A stretch of DNA of 64,000 nt from Sulfurimonadaceae bacterium (GCA_041562555.1 JBFEXS010000001.1:6378-70377), one strand, 5' to 3'. Positions 45,669-55,726 are shown, numbered from the stretch's first letter. The notes: generated from the letters alone by a model not told the origin. Made by a program: numbers and translations.

Positions 45669-46787
45669 ATGCAAAGCTATGATGTCATCATTGTCGGTGC
45701 TGGTATCAATGGCTCTGCCTTAGCCCATGCCCTTCATCAGCAGGGGCAAAAGGTCCTTGTTCTAGAGAAGGATGCCATTGCTTCAGGAGGATCGGGAGCA
45801 GCGGGCGCTTTTATCAACCCAAAGATATCCAAAGCCGGCCCTTTAAAAGAGCTTATCGAAGAGGCATACCGTTTTTCTCTCTCTTTTTATACTCAAAAGT
45901 TTCCTGATCTATGCACACAAGCACCTTTATTGCATATTGCAAAATATGAAGATGATAATGAGAAGCTCAGGTACTTTAAGGCCAACACAACACTTTCCCA
46001 GTCATCTCCTCCTTCTGAATTGAAGGCACTGTTAAGACCATATTGCACTGCTTTTGAATCCGTCTATTTGAATCATAATGCGATTTTGGAAGCAGCGGAA
46101 GTCTGCCAGGCAATGCTTCAGGGAGTCTCTTTTGAAAAGAGAGAAGTAAAAAGCCCTGAGTACAAAGAGGGCTACTGGTGCGTTGATGAATTCCGGGCAA
46201 AAAAAATAGTCTTGACGACAGGAGCATATGAGAGTGTCGTTTCAGACCCGACGATTCGTCTTAGAAAGATATATGGACAACGGTGCGAGGTAGAAAGTCC
46301 TATGGTGCTTAAAACGACGATGCATCATGAGGTTTCTGTCTCTGCAACAAAGAAAAATGGCAAGATAGCCATAGGTGCCAGTCATTATTTGGATGAGTCA
46401 CAGATGCCAAGCGTGCAAAAGGAGTCTGAAAACCTGATCGCCATGGCACAGAAAAGTTTTGCATTGCCAGAATTAAGCCTGTATGATTCGTTTAGAGGCA
46501 TGCGTTCTGGATCAAATGATTATCTTCCTATCGTTGGACCTGTGGTTGACATCGAAGCAAGTCTGTTGGCAGGGCCGGATGCTCTGAAGGGAAATAAGGA
46601 TGCCAAGCTTGTCTTTAAAGAGGGGATGTATATGATAAACGGAGTGGGGGGATATGGGTTTGTTTTAGCTCCCTATCTTGCTTCTATGCTGGCAGATAAC
46701 TTTTGCAAGGAAAAAGCACTGGAAGCATATTTGGAACCCAAGCGTTTTTATTACCGGTATGCCAAACAACAGGGGAAGCTGAAATGA
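45669..46787 (+). CDS. FAD-dependent oxidoreductase (DAO family)
   Basis: 'DVIIVGAGINGSALA' Rossmann motif. 372 aa. Could be ThiO-like or similar to the MnmC C-terminal domain; unresolved. Confidence 0.7.
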   Translation: MQSYDVIIVGAGINGSALAHALHQQGQKVLVLEKDAIASGGSGAAGAFINPKISKAGPLKELIEEAYRFSLSFYTQKFPDLCTQAPLLHIAKYEDDNEKLRYFKANTTLSQSSPPSELKALLRPYCTAFESVYLNHNAILEAAEVCQAMLQGVSFEKREVKSPEYKEGYWCVDEFRAKKIVLTTGAYESVVSDPTIRLRKIYGQRCEVESPMVLKTTMHHEVSVSATKKNGKIAIGASHYLDESQMPSVQKESENLIAMAQKSFALPELSLYDSFRGMRSGSNDYLPIVGPVVDIEASLLAGPDALKGNKDAKLVFKEGMYMINGVGGYGFVLAPYLASMLADNFCKEKALEAYLEPKRFYYRYAKQQGKLK

Positions 46788-47617
46788 GTTGGCTGAGTTT
46801 TCTTGCTATCGGACTTCTGGTATACGCTGGGATATTGTTTGTGGTCTTCCTCTTTCAGACCCGTCTTTTTTTTACACCCACGTATTACAGAGATGATGAG
46901 AAGTTTCAAAAAATAGAAGAGTTCTTAACTCCTTTGGCATTATTGTCCGAAGATGATACCCTGCTTGAAGGGATATTGTATGATCCAAATATCGAGGATA
47001 TCCTTAGTGACAAGGCTTCAGAAAGAAGGATTATTCTCTATTTTGGGGGTGTGCAGCAAGACAGTGTGGCTCTGGTGGAAAAGTTCGCCGCTCATTATCC
47101 GGACATGCCCTTTATAACGTATAACTACAGAGGTTATGGCAAAAGTGAAGGAAAGCCTTCACAGAGTAAACTGTTTATGGATGCTATACATATCTATGAT
47201 GACCTGGTCATCCGCTATGGATATAAACCGGAAGAGATCATTCTGATGGGGTACTCTTTGGGATCGGGTGTGGCCTCTTTCTTGGGTTCACAGCGACAGG
47301 TGAAAGAAATCATGCTTATCGCACCATACGATTCCGTGTATGAGGTGATGAAACGGCGTTATCCTTTTAGCGGCATACACTGGATCTTGCGTCAGAAGTT
47401 CCCTTCAACGGATTTTGTCCCCCATATAGACGTCCCCATTCATATCTATGCCGCAAGTGATGACAAGGTAGTTAATATTAAACATGCTAAAATGCTGAAA
47501 AATCATGTCAATAATCTGGCCGGTTTTTATGAATATGGAAATGTCAGTCATGATAGTATCCTGTTTAATAGAGACGTGGTTGAACATATACAAGAAATTT
47601 TAAAAAGAGATGAATAA
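46784..47617 (+). CDS. Membrane-anchored alpha/beta hydrolase
   Basis: N-terminal TM helix and nucleophile elbow 'GYSLGSG'. ATGA overlap with the upstream gene. Confidence 0.7.
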   Translation: MSWLSFLAIGLLVYAGILFVVFLFQTRLFFTPTYYRDDEKFQKIEEFLTPLALLSEDDTLLEGILYDPNIEDILSDKASERRIILYFGGVQQDSVALVEKFAAHYPDMPFITYNYRGYGKSEGKPSQSKLFMDAIHIYDDLVIRYGYKPEEIILMGYSLGSGVASFLGSQRQVKEIMLIAPYDSVYEVMKRRYPFSGIHWILRQKFPSTDFVPHIDVPIHIYAASDDKVVNIKHAKMLKNHVNNLAGFYEYGNVSHDSILFNRDVVEHIQEILKRDE

Positions 47618-48572
47618 GATGAGTAAAGAAGCGATTATATTACTTAATATGGGTGGTCCCAACAATCTTGAGGAAGTGGAAGTGTTTTTAAACAATATGT
47701 TCAATGACCCCAATATCCTGACGATGAAAAGTGGTGGCTTGCGAAAATTTGTGGCCACTATGATCACCTTTTTCCGTACAGAGTCTTCCCAGGAAATCTA
47801 CCGTGAGCTTGGCGGAAAGTCACCGATTGTAGGGCATACGAAAAGACTTGTAGTCGCTTTGCAGGAAGCACTTCCGGATGTCTATATCGATTATGTGATG
47901 CGGTATACACCTCCTTTTGCACCGGAAGTCATAGAGCGATTGAAAGAACGCGGAATTGAAAAGATATTTCTCATTCCGCTATATCCCCAATATTCGACTA
48001 CAACGACGAAATCATCTTTAGAGGACTTTGAACAGGCATTTAATAATTCGGGTCTGGATGCCATCTTACTGGAGAAGAAACATTATTACGAACTCTCTAA
48101 ATATAATGATGCTGTTTTGGAACGTGTGATCGAAGGCTTGCAGGGAGATAAAAGTGAAGATTACCATCTGATATTCTCAGCCCATGGGCTTCCGCAAAAA
48201 ATTGTTGATGCCGGCGACCCTTATCAGCGCCATGTTGAACGTCATGTTGAACTTTTAAAACAAAAGATGGCCGAGAAGAATATACATTTCAAGAAAGTAT
48301 CCTTGGCCTATCAGTCAAAGGTCGGGCCTTTAAAGTGGCTGGAACCATCCTTGGAGACAATGCTGGATAAAACAAGAAATGAGAATGTCCTGATTTATCC
48401 AATCGCCTTTACAATCGATAATTCGGAAACAGACTTTGAATTGGGGATCGAATATAAAGAGATAGCGGAAGAGCTGGGTTTTAGCAAATATAAAGTGGCA
48501 CCATGTGTGAATGATCACCCGTTGTTCGTCGAAGCACTGTGTGAACTTTATGAAAAGATGAAGTTCTCTTAA
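47610..48572 (+). CDS. hemH: Ferrochelatase
   Basis: 'ILLNMGGPN', 'PLYPQYS' and 'SAHGLP' motifs. The start overlaps the upstream stop; an alternative ATG is at 47619. Confidence 0.9.
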   Translation: MNKMSKEAIILLNMGGPNNLEEVEVFLNNMFNDPNILTMKSGGLRKFVATMITFFRTESSQEIYRELGGKSPIVGHTKRLVVALQEALPDVYIDYVMRYTPPFAPEVIERLKERGIEKIFLIPLYPQYSTTTTKSSLEDFEQAFNNSGLDAILLEKKHYYELSKYNDAVLERVIEGLQGDKSEDYHLIFSAHGLPQKIVDAGDPYQRHVERHVELLKQKMAEKNIHFKKVSLAYQSKVGPLKWLEPSLETMLDKTRNENVLIYPIAFTIDNSETDFELGIEYKEIAEELGFSKYKVAPCVNDHPLFVEALCELYEKMKFS

Positions 48573-48581
48573 GGCCTGAAG

Positions 48582-49208
48582 ATGAAGATTGTTATCTTTG
48601 ACATGGACGGTACTCTGCTGGACTCGGCGAAAGACATCACGATATCGGTGAATGCCGTACGCGAGAACAACCATGGACTCAGCCCGTTGTCCGAGGCATT
48701 CGTCATTGAAGCTATCAACAGAGAACATCGTAATCTTGCAGAACTTTTTTACGGTACCTCCAGTTATGAGAAGAGGGATCAGTTGCTTTTTGAAGAGCAT
48801 TATAATGAACAGTGTATTCAAAACGTCACCTTGTATGAAGGTATCCATGAATCGTTGATGGCCCTGCGTGATAATCAGGTGAGACTTTCAGTAGCAACGA
48901 ATGCACCGAGTAAATTTGCCCGACGCATGTTGGAAGCCTGTGACGTGCTTGAGTGTTTTGATGTCGTGATGGGTGCAGACCGGGTTAAAAATCCCAAGCC
49001 GGACAAAGAGATGCTGGAGTATATCTTGAAGCGTTATGGTTACGAAACGGGACATCAGGCATTAATGGTCGGAGATAATGTAAAAGACATGCAGGCCGCA
49101 CATAACGCCGGTATTGAAGGGGGATTTGCGACATGGGGATTTTCACCTACGTCGCAACACCATACGGTTTTTAACACACCACAGGAAATATTGGACTTTT
49201 TTATATAG
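48582..49208 (+). CDS. HAD-superfamily phosphatase (phosphoglycolate-phosphatase-like)
   Basis: 'VIFDMDGTLLDS' and 'MVGDNVKDMQAAHNAG' motifs. Confidence 0.8.
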   Translation: MKIVIFDMDGTLLDSAKDITISVNAVRENNHGLSPLSEAFVIEAINREHRNLAELFYGTSSYEKRDQLLFEEHYNEQCIQNVTLYEGIHESLMALRDNQVRLSVATNAPSKFARRMLEACDVLECFDVVMGADRVKNPKPDKEMLEYILKRYGYETGHQALMVGDNVKDMQAAHNAGIEGGFATWGFSPTSQHHTVFNTPQEILDFFI

Positions 49209-49260
49209 AAAATGATCTTGTATATGCTAAAATAAAACCAAAAAAAACGGGGGACTTTTC

Positions 49261-50262
49261 ATGGGTTCATATAAACATCTTGTCGGGGCTTTTTCACTTG
49301 CCATAGCTTCCGTACTGTTTGCTGAGAGTAGATTAGACGTCAATGAGGGGAGTGAATATGCACTTTCCGCTATGGATACGGATACACCTGAAACGAAAGA
49401 ACTGTTGCGTAGAACATCCGAAAAAAATGGCTTTTTTGGACTTGAAGCTTATGATAAAAACTTTTTTCTTCCGATATCCTATGGAAAAGACAAGCCTCCA
49501 AGGATATCAAACAGCTATCCTATAGGAGATCCGGCGAACCCTGAAGATGTATTACACGAGAAAAATATGGAAGTTGAGTTTCAGTTCAGTTTGAAAACAC
49601 AGCTTTTATATAATACGCTTGGCCTGCATGAATATCTGTATGCAGGATATACGCAACGGGCGTGGTGGCAGGCATATTCGGAGTCGGCACCTTTTCGAGA
49701 GATCAATTATGAACCGGAACTTTTCATGTATATCCCGGCAGAACGTAATTTTGAAAACGACATGGGTCTTAAGGCGCTTAAAGTAGGTCTTTTGCATCAA
49801 TCTAATGGTCATGATGGATACCAGTCGCGATCATGGAACCGTCTGTATCTGACAGGAATGTGGCAATGGGGAAACCTTTTTGTCTCAACACGTGCATGGT
49901 ATAGGATCCCTGAAGATGATAAACCCGATGGCTATTTCGATGGCACATCCCCGGGTGGACTTGAACCAAATGCAAAAGGGGATGATAATCCGGATATCTA
50001 TAACTATCTGGGGTATGGGGATATCCGAATGGAATATCTCTATGGAAAAGCGCAGTGGGGTCTGCTGCTCCGCAATAACTTGCGCTTTGACAAGGAAAAC
50101 AAAGGTGCAGTTGAACTCAATTACACCTATCCGATCTTAAATTCCAAAAACACTTTCTGGTATGTGAAAATCTTTCACGGGTATGGGGAAAGTCTGATCG
50201 ATTATAACCGTGAAGTAAGTAAAGCATCTGTCGGATTCTCTTTCTCACGAGGACTCTTTTAA
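49261..50262 (+). CDS. pldA: Outer-membrane phospholipase A
   Basis: Catalytic 'LLHQSNGHDG...SRSWNR', signal peptide and C-terminal aromatic residue. Confidence 0.85.
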   Translation: MGSYKHLVGAFSLAIASVLFAESRLDVNEGSEYALSAMDTDTPETKELLRRTSEKNGFFGLEAYDKNFFLPISYGKDKPPRISNSYPIGDPANPEDVLHEKNMEVEFQFSLKTQLLYNTLGLHEYLYAGYTQRAWWQAYSESAPFREINYEPELFMYIPAERNFENDMGLKALKVGLLHQSNGHDGYQSRSWNRLYLTGMWQWGNLFVSTRAWYRIPEDDKPDGYFDGTSPGGLEPNAKGDDNPDIYNYLGYGDIRMEYLYGKAQWGLLLRNNLRFDKENKGAVELNYTYPILNSKNTFWYVKIFHGYGESLIDYNREVSKASVGFSFSRGLF

Positions 50263-50265
50263 AGA

Positions 50266-50892
50266 ATGCTCAAGGGGCTGTTGTACGTATGTGTGCTGAT
50301 ACTCATAAGTGGGTGCACAGTACACAAGAGACTTCCTTCAACCGGGTTTCTTGAGCGCTATGATCAATTAAAGCCCATGCCTTCACATAAGGTACATTTC
50401 TTTGCCAAACAAAGGGATGCGAACCTTTCCTCATTTACGAAACTTCTTATACCTGATATTCAAGTGGTCACTTTGCCTCAGGATATGTCTGCTTATGACA
50501 GAGAACTCTATACACAGATTTCTGCCTATGCGACAGCCGGTTACAGAAAGATGATAGACAAATACAGTAAAAACTACACTCTGGTGGATGTCGCACAAAA
50601 GAATGCACTTCTGATGCAGATCGCTCTTTCTGCTGTTTCTTTAGATGCATCTGATATCTACAGTGCAGAGGTGATGCCTTTTAGCCTTGATGTAAACACA
50701 CGAAGTGTATATTCCGGCTCGAAGGTATATCTGCTTGTAGAAGTAAACACCAAAGATGCATTCTCGGGTGAGACACTTGCCCGTTCATTGCAGGTCGTTA
50801 CAGACGTGCCTGTTACAGCAATGGGAAAAGAATTGAGAATCTCAGACCTTCAGCCCGCTATAGATACATGGCTGGGAGGGATCGTCCGATAG
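50266..50892 (+). CDS. Lipoprotein (DUF3313-like)
   Basis: Lipobox 'LISGCT'. 208 aa. Family assignment is from memory only. Confidence 0.55.
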   Translation: MLKGLLYVCVLILISGCTVHKRLPSTGFLERYDQLKPMPSHKVHFFAKQRDANLSSFTKLLIPDIQVVTLPQDMSAYDRELYTQISAYATAGYRKMIDKYSKNYTLVDVAQKNALLMQIALSAVSLDASDIYSAEVMPFSLDVNTRSVYSGSKVYLLVEVNTKDAFSGETLARSLQVVTDVPVTAMGKELRISDLQPAIDTWLGGIVR

Positions 50893-50953
50893 GAGCTGAG
50901 TGTTACCGGCCCCTGTCTTGAATCTGTGATTGATTTGTGCAATAATGCCATTC

Positions 50954-51316
50954 ATGAACTACAAAAAACTCGGGAAATGTCCTGTTTGTGAAGATGGGGA
51001 GATAGAAGTCCGTAAGATCGAAGTTGATGGCAAACAAATCAAGCTCTATGCATGCTGCAATGCCCGTTGGACCTTTGAGCATGATCTGTGTGAATTGGCT
51101 GATGATGCGACTTGTTCTTATCGTATTTTCTCTAATCAATTGCTACGTTGGAACAAAAAATCAATTGGTGAAAACGAGATACGAACACTTTTACAAGAGG
51201 AACAGGTCAAGGTGCGTTTATACAGTGCACGGGCAAAGAAAGAGTATTATAAATGGGCTGTGATAGACCCTGAATATGGATTGAGTGTCGTCTGGGACAT
51301 TACGATTGAAGAGTAA
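50954..51316 (+). CDS. Small zinc-ribbon protein with a topoisomerase-C-terminal-repeat-like tail
   Basis: 'KCPVCEDGEIEV...YACCN...C...C', then 'IGENEIRTLLQEEQVKVRLYSARAKKEYYKWAVID'. The resemblance is judged by eye. Confidence 0.45.
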   Translation: MNYKKLGKCPVCEDGEIEVRKIEVDGKQIKLYACCNARWTFEHDLCELADDATCSYRIFSNQLLRWNKKSIGENEIRTLLQEEQVKVRLYSARAKKEYYKWAVIDPEYGLSVVWDITIEE

Positions 51317-51343
51317 ATAGCATAATGATATATAGAGAGACAG

Positions 51344-51721
51344 ATGGTTGAAATCCGATGGAACTATGACAATGATGCAAATATGACCGTTGCTGAAAGT
51401 GACGACAAAGTCCTAAAGGCATTTTTCAGTATTGATGATTGGGAATTTGTCCGTCATTTTTATAGAGCAGTTTTAGAAGAAGCAGATGTGGAATATCAAA
51501 ACCGGCGTTTGGATTTTGAAAAGAGCTTTGTCTGTCTTGGCATTGATGATGAGGAGACGATCATTGATAAACAAAGTTGTTTGAGAAGTTTTTCAAGGTT
51601 GTTTGATGAGATGATCATGGGAGCCAACGATGATCATCATAATATTCGATATGAAGTCTGGTGGCAGGTTTTTACCGAAACAAATTATCAGTTAAAGCAA
51701 AAAATGGAATTATGGGGTTAA
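51344..51721 (+). CDS. Hypothetical acidic protein (125 aa)
   Basis: ORF 27 nt downstream of the zinc-ribbon gene. No motif recognised. Confidence 0.45.
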   Translation: MVEIRWNYDNDANMTVAESDDKVLKAFFSIDDWEFVRHFYRAVLEEADVEYQNRRLDFEKSFVCLGIDDEETIIDKQSCLRSFSRLFDEMIMGANDDHHNIRYEVWWQVFTETNYQLKQKMELWG

Positions 51722-51730
51722 GGGGTCGTT

Positions 51731-52717
51731 TTGAAAATATATCGGGTTGTCATACTTCTTCTGCTTGTTTTTCCTGCTGTACATGTAATGGCAAAGGAAG
51801 AAGAGGCTTTTGAATCATTCTATGAAGGATGGCAAGCACAAAGCAATCAGCAATATTCAAAAGCAATGGATTTATATAAAAGTGCTGCGAGCCAAGGCTG
51901 TTCTGTTGCAAACTATCATATCGGTAAGTTGTATGAAGAGGGCTTAGGGGTCAAAAAGGACTCTGAAAAAGCATTTGACTGGTATCAGAAGGTTGCTGAT
52001 AAGGGATATGCCAAGGCGCAGATGCTGTTGGCCAAGATGTATGCTTCGGGTGTCGGTGTCAAACAAGATTATCATAAGGCCCATAGCTGGTATCTCAAGG
52101 CAGCTGAACAAAATGAGCGTGACGCACAGATGGCATTGGCCAGGATGTATGAAAAAGCCCTGGGGGTAAAACAGAACCTGTTTAAAGCTGCTTACTACTA
52201 TAAACAGGCGATGAAACAGGGGTCATTGGAAGCACAGACAGACTTGTCATTGTTGTATATCAATGAAGAACAAATGAGACGTTTTTATGAGGATGGTAAG
52301 CTTTTATTGCAGGAATCGGCACGCAAGGGTGAGGAGAAAGCACAATATTACCTCGCCCAATGCTACCTTCATGGTAGGGATTTTGACAAAAGTACCGCAG
52401 ATGCTGTTCGCTGGCTTGAAAAAGCAGCTGAACAGGGAAAGGTAGAAGCTCAGTATGAGTTGGGGGGCATGTATTTGCATGCTGTCGGTGTAGAGGAGAA
52501 CCTTGGCAAGGCTTTGGGGTATCTTAACAAGGCGGCTTCAGCAGGATATGCCAGTGCACAGTATGATCTTGGTCTGATGTATTATGAGGGAATCGGCGTT
52601 ATACAGGATAAGACAAAGACGTTTGAATATTGGTCGAGTGCAAGCCTGTTGGGGGATAAGGATGCAGCACACAATTTAAAAATCCTATGTGCAGACAACC
52701 CAAAGTATTGCAAATAA
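51731..52717 (+). CDS. Secreted Sel1-like repeat (SLR) protein
   Basis: Signal peptide and about 7-8 repeats of the type 'AQMLLAKMYASGVGVKQDYHKAHSWYLKAAEQ'. Confidence 0.85.
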   Translation: MKIYRVVILLLLVFPAVHVMAKEEEAFESFYEGWQAQSNQQYSKAMDLYKSAASQGCSVANYHIGKLYEEGLGVKKDSEKAFDWYQKVADKGYAKAQMLLAKMYASGVGVKQDYHKAHSWYLKAAEQNERDAQMALARMYEKALGVKQNLFKAAYYYKQAMKQGSLEAQTDLSLLYINEEQMRRFYEDGKLLLQESARKGEEKAQYYLAQCYLHGRDFDKSTADAVRWLEKAAEQGKVEAQYELGGMYLHAVGVEENLGKALGYLNKAASAGYASAQYDLGLMYYEGIGVIQDKTKTFEYWSSASLLGDKDAAHNLKILCADNPKYCK

Positions 52718-52786
52718 TTTTTTATCATCAAATTTAACCATCATCTAAAGTCTAAACCGATACTATCAAAATAAAAAAGACGACAG

Positions 52787-54481
52787 ATGAAAAAGACCTT
52801 CCTTCTATTGATTCCATTGATTTTTATTGCATGTAAAGATGCGCCTCAGCCAACACCAAACCTAGAAAGTGAGTTCAAGCCTTATGCGAAGGTTGAGAGT
52901 TCGTGTATCCGTTTTTTGAATGATGAGACGCAGACGGTAGAGGGTGATCCTTTGTTCGAAAAAGAGCAGCAGGAGTGTCGTGAATTTATTGAAGTCCTGA
53001 ACAGTGCTGACCGTGCGACGAAACATATGAATAAAAATAAGAACAATGCTGCTTTTTATGTTGCAAAGGATGATTGCAAGTTTGAAAAAAACCGTTTGAA
53101 GATCAAGCATAAACATTTGAACCTGGTATTTAAAGACAAAGCTTTGGATGCAATAGAAGCGGATGACCTAGAAACATTCACTAAGATCATCAATTTCTCC
53201 TATCATCCGATGAACCTCGCATACTACCGATACATGCAAAAACATATTGACCGGTTCAAAGAGCATGCAAAGATGCTTCATTTTGAAAAGAAGTTCTCTG
53301 ACCAGCAGTATCGTTTAGGGTATAAACTGGTGAACAAGGGCAAGTATACCCAGGGGCTGAATGCTTTGAAACTGGCTGCAGACATGAAACATACCAAGGC
53401 TGCGATGCTGTGCGGAAAGACCTATGATTTTCTCTACCCGTCAAAGGCAATTGAATGTTATGAAAAAGCAATTGAGAACGGAGAGAATAGGGCCTTGTAT
53501 TACATTGCCAAGGGATATGAAGAGAACGATGAGCTGAATGAGGCGAAGGCGTGGTATCTTAAATCAGCGAAATCGGGTAATTTTATTGCGCAGTACAAAG
53601 TGTATGAACTTGAGAAGAATGATGATCCTACACAAGTGTGGCTTAAGAAATCGGCTGAAAGCGGTTATGACAAGGCACAATATGTATATGGCAGCTATCT
53701 GATGGAGAATGGACAGGCAGATAAAGCTATAAAGTATCTCTTGCTTGCCTCCGATCAAGGGTTTGATGACGCCAATTTCCCCCTTGGAAAACTATATTTC
53801 TTGAAGAAGAAATATAAAAAGGCATACCATTATCTCAGCCGTGGCGATATCAACCTTGAAAGTGCTTACATCCTTGGGAAGCTTAGTGAAGAAGGTAAGG
53901 GTACGGCAAAAAACCTGTATATGGCCTCAAACTATTATCAAAAAGCAAAAGAGTTTGGCAAGAGAGGTGTTCAAAATGATCTTAACCGTGTATACAGGGC
54001 TAAGAAAAAATTACGTTCACAGAACATTCGTCAACAGCAGTCCAAGGCAAAAGCGAAGGAGGCTTTGCTTCTTGCGGATCGACAGAAACGTCATGAGGCT
54101 ATGAAAGAAGACCGGCGTATTCGTGCTGAAATGAAAGCCCGAAGACAGCAAGGGATACGTCTGAAAGCTCAGGCCTGTGGCGAAGAGGTGAGTGATGCGG
54201 CTTTGAGAAGCGCAGGAAGCCGGATACATATTGAAGGAAGAGTCATTCATTGGTTGGGAAGAAAAGCTTTTATCGTTGTGAGTAATACGCAGGAGTTTTA
54301 TATCAATGATGAAGAGGATGAGGCAAGGGTGAACAAAGGGGATACTGTCAATATTGTAGCCGTATCGACTGGACAAAGAGAGATCACACAGGGAATGCGT
54401 CAGAATCTTTTTGAGATGCCGGATGAACGTACGATTAAAAAGGCCTATGCCTTGAATTACGAGGGTGTGTGCCCTTATTAG
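52787..54481 (+). CDS. Sel1-like repeat lipoprotein with a basic linker and an unknown C-terminal domain
   Basis: Lipobox-like 'LIFIAC', SLR repeats in the middle, an R/K/Q-rich helix ('KAKAKEALLLADRQKRHEAMKEDRRIRAEMKARRQQ'), then a roughly 100-aa beta-rich tail. Confidence 0.75.
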   Translation: MKKTFLLLIPLIFIACKDAPQPTPNLESEFKPYAKVESSCIRFLNDETQTVEGDPLFEKEQQECREFIEVLNSADRATKHMNKNKNNAAFYVAKDDCKFEKNRLKIKHKHLNLVFKDKALDAIEADDLETFTKIINFSYHPMNLAYYRYMQKHIDRFKEHAKMLHFEKKFSDQQYRLGYKLVNKGKYTQGLNALKLAADMKHTKAAMLCGKTYDFLYPSKAIECYEKAIENGENRALYYIAKGYEENDELNEAKAWYLKSAKSGNFIAQYKVYELEKNDDPTQVWLKKSAESGYDKAQYVYGSYLMENGQADKAIKYLLLASDQGFDDANFPLGKLYFLKKKYKKAYHYLSRGDINLESAYILGKLSEEGKGTAKNLYMASNYYQKAKEFGKRGVQNDLNRVYRAKKKLRSQNIRQQQSKAKAKEALLLADRQKRHEAMKEDRRIRAEMKARRQQGIRLKAQACGEEVSDAALRSAGSRIHIEGRVIHWLGRKAFIVVSNTQEFYINDEEDEARVNKGDTVNIVAVSTGQREITQGMRQNLFEMPDERTIKKAYALNYEGVCPY

Positions 54482-55068
54482 ATCCTCTGTGTAAGTTTCA
54501 GGGCTTTTTCGTATTCCTGAGGCGTGTTCAGGTTTAAGAGCGCCTCTTCATCTGCGATATCCACATACAAGACCTTTGCATCTTTAAGCAGGTTAGTGAG
54601 TTTGTGGTTTCCCTGTTCAATCCTTTGTACGATCGCCGCTTCAAGTCTACGCGTATAAACCCCGCATAGGGGATGGATACCTGAAGGTGTACGCACGATG
54701 AAGGCATCATGTTCTTCATCAAATGCATCCATGACGCTTTGAATGATGGTCTGGTTGACAAAGGGTGTGTCAACGCTTAAAACAAAGACAGCATCTTGCT
54801 GAAGTTGTGAAAAGATATTCAAAAAACCTGTAGTAGGGGCTGAAATTTCCGTATAAAGTTCGTCCTTGATAATAGGAAGATCTAAGGGTTTGAACTTATG
54901 ATCATCCTTTGCGGATATATAGACATCTTTGAAGAGAGTTTGTAAACGAGCCGTTTGATACTCAGCCAGGCTCTTCTTGTCTCCAAAAGGCAGGAGGGCT
55001 TTGTCCTGTCCCATTCGCGAGCTTTTCCCACCTGCAAAAAGTACGCAAGGGATATTGAAAAGTGCCAT
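54478..55068 (-). CDS. mobA: Molybdenum cofactor guanylyltransferase
   Basis: 'CVLFAGGKSSRMGQDKALLPF'. The start is placed at 'MALFNIP'; the listed ORF has a 62-codon extension. Confidence 0.8.
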   Translation of the reverse strand: MALFNIPCVLFAGGKSSRMGQDKALLPFGDKKSLAEYQTARLQTLFKDVYISAKDDHKFKPLDLPIIKDELYTEISAPTTGFLNIFSQLQQDAVFVLSVDTPFVNQTIIQSVMDAFDEEHDAFIVRTPSGIHPLCGVYTRRLEAAIVQRIEQGNHKLTNLLKDAKVLYVDIADEEALLNLNTPQEYEKALKLTQRI

Positions 55069-55183
55069 ATCTTCCCTTTTTTCAGTAGAGAAATCCATTG
55101 AATGATGGATACTCCTGCTTCTTTTAGTAGAAGTATATCTAAGTCTGCTATAATTGACCAGATATAGTGTTAAAGGGTAAAAA

Positions 55184-55726
55184 ATGATAAAAAAACTGCT
55201 GTTGATCGCATTAGTCTTCACTTCTACTCTCCTCGAGGCAAGAATCAATGACATTTTTAAAGAAGAAAAGGCTGAGAACTTACGTTACAACCAAACGATA
55301 CGTGCTTTCATGGAAGACAACGAGGAGATTACAAATCTCGTCTATAATGCATATGCCTATGTTGTTTTTCCAAGTATAGGTAAGGGTGGACTTCTTTTTG
55401 GTTATGCCTATGGGGAAGGGCGTGCCTATTATCGCGGTGGAATGTGGACGGGAAATGTCGCAGTGACACAATATACCGTAGGTTTACAGGTAGGTGGACA
55501 AGCCTATAGTGAAATCATCTTTTTCAAGACCCGTGATGCTTTTGAAGCGTTCAAAGCGGGCGGACTTGAAGATAGTACGCAAAGCTCTTTTGTCCCTTTC
55601 TATTCCGGAATATCCGGTGATGTAAACTTCGCAGACGATGTTATCGTATATACCTCAAGTACCGGTGGCTTTATGATCGAAGCAAGTACAGGCGCACAAG
55701 AGTTCGAATACATCAACAGAAGATAA
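55184..55726 (+). CDS. Secreted SYLF (DUF500/Ysc84-like) lipid-binding domain protein
   Basis: Signal peptide and 'AYVVFPSIGKGGLLFGYAYGEGRAY...GLQVGGQAYSEIIFF', typical of SYLF. Confidence 0.65.
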   Translation: MIKKLLLIALVFTSTLLEARINDIFKEEKAENLRYNQTIRAFMEDNEEITNLVYNAYAYVVFPSIGKGGLLFGYAYGEGRAYYRGGMWTGNVAVTQYTVGLQVGGQAYSEIIFFKTRDAFEAFKAGGLEDSTQSSFVPFYSGISGDVNFADDVIVYTSSTGGFMIEASTGAQEFEYINRR

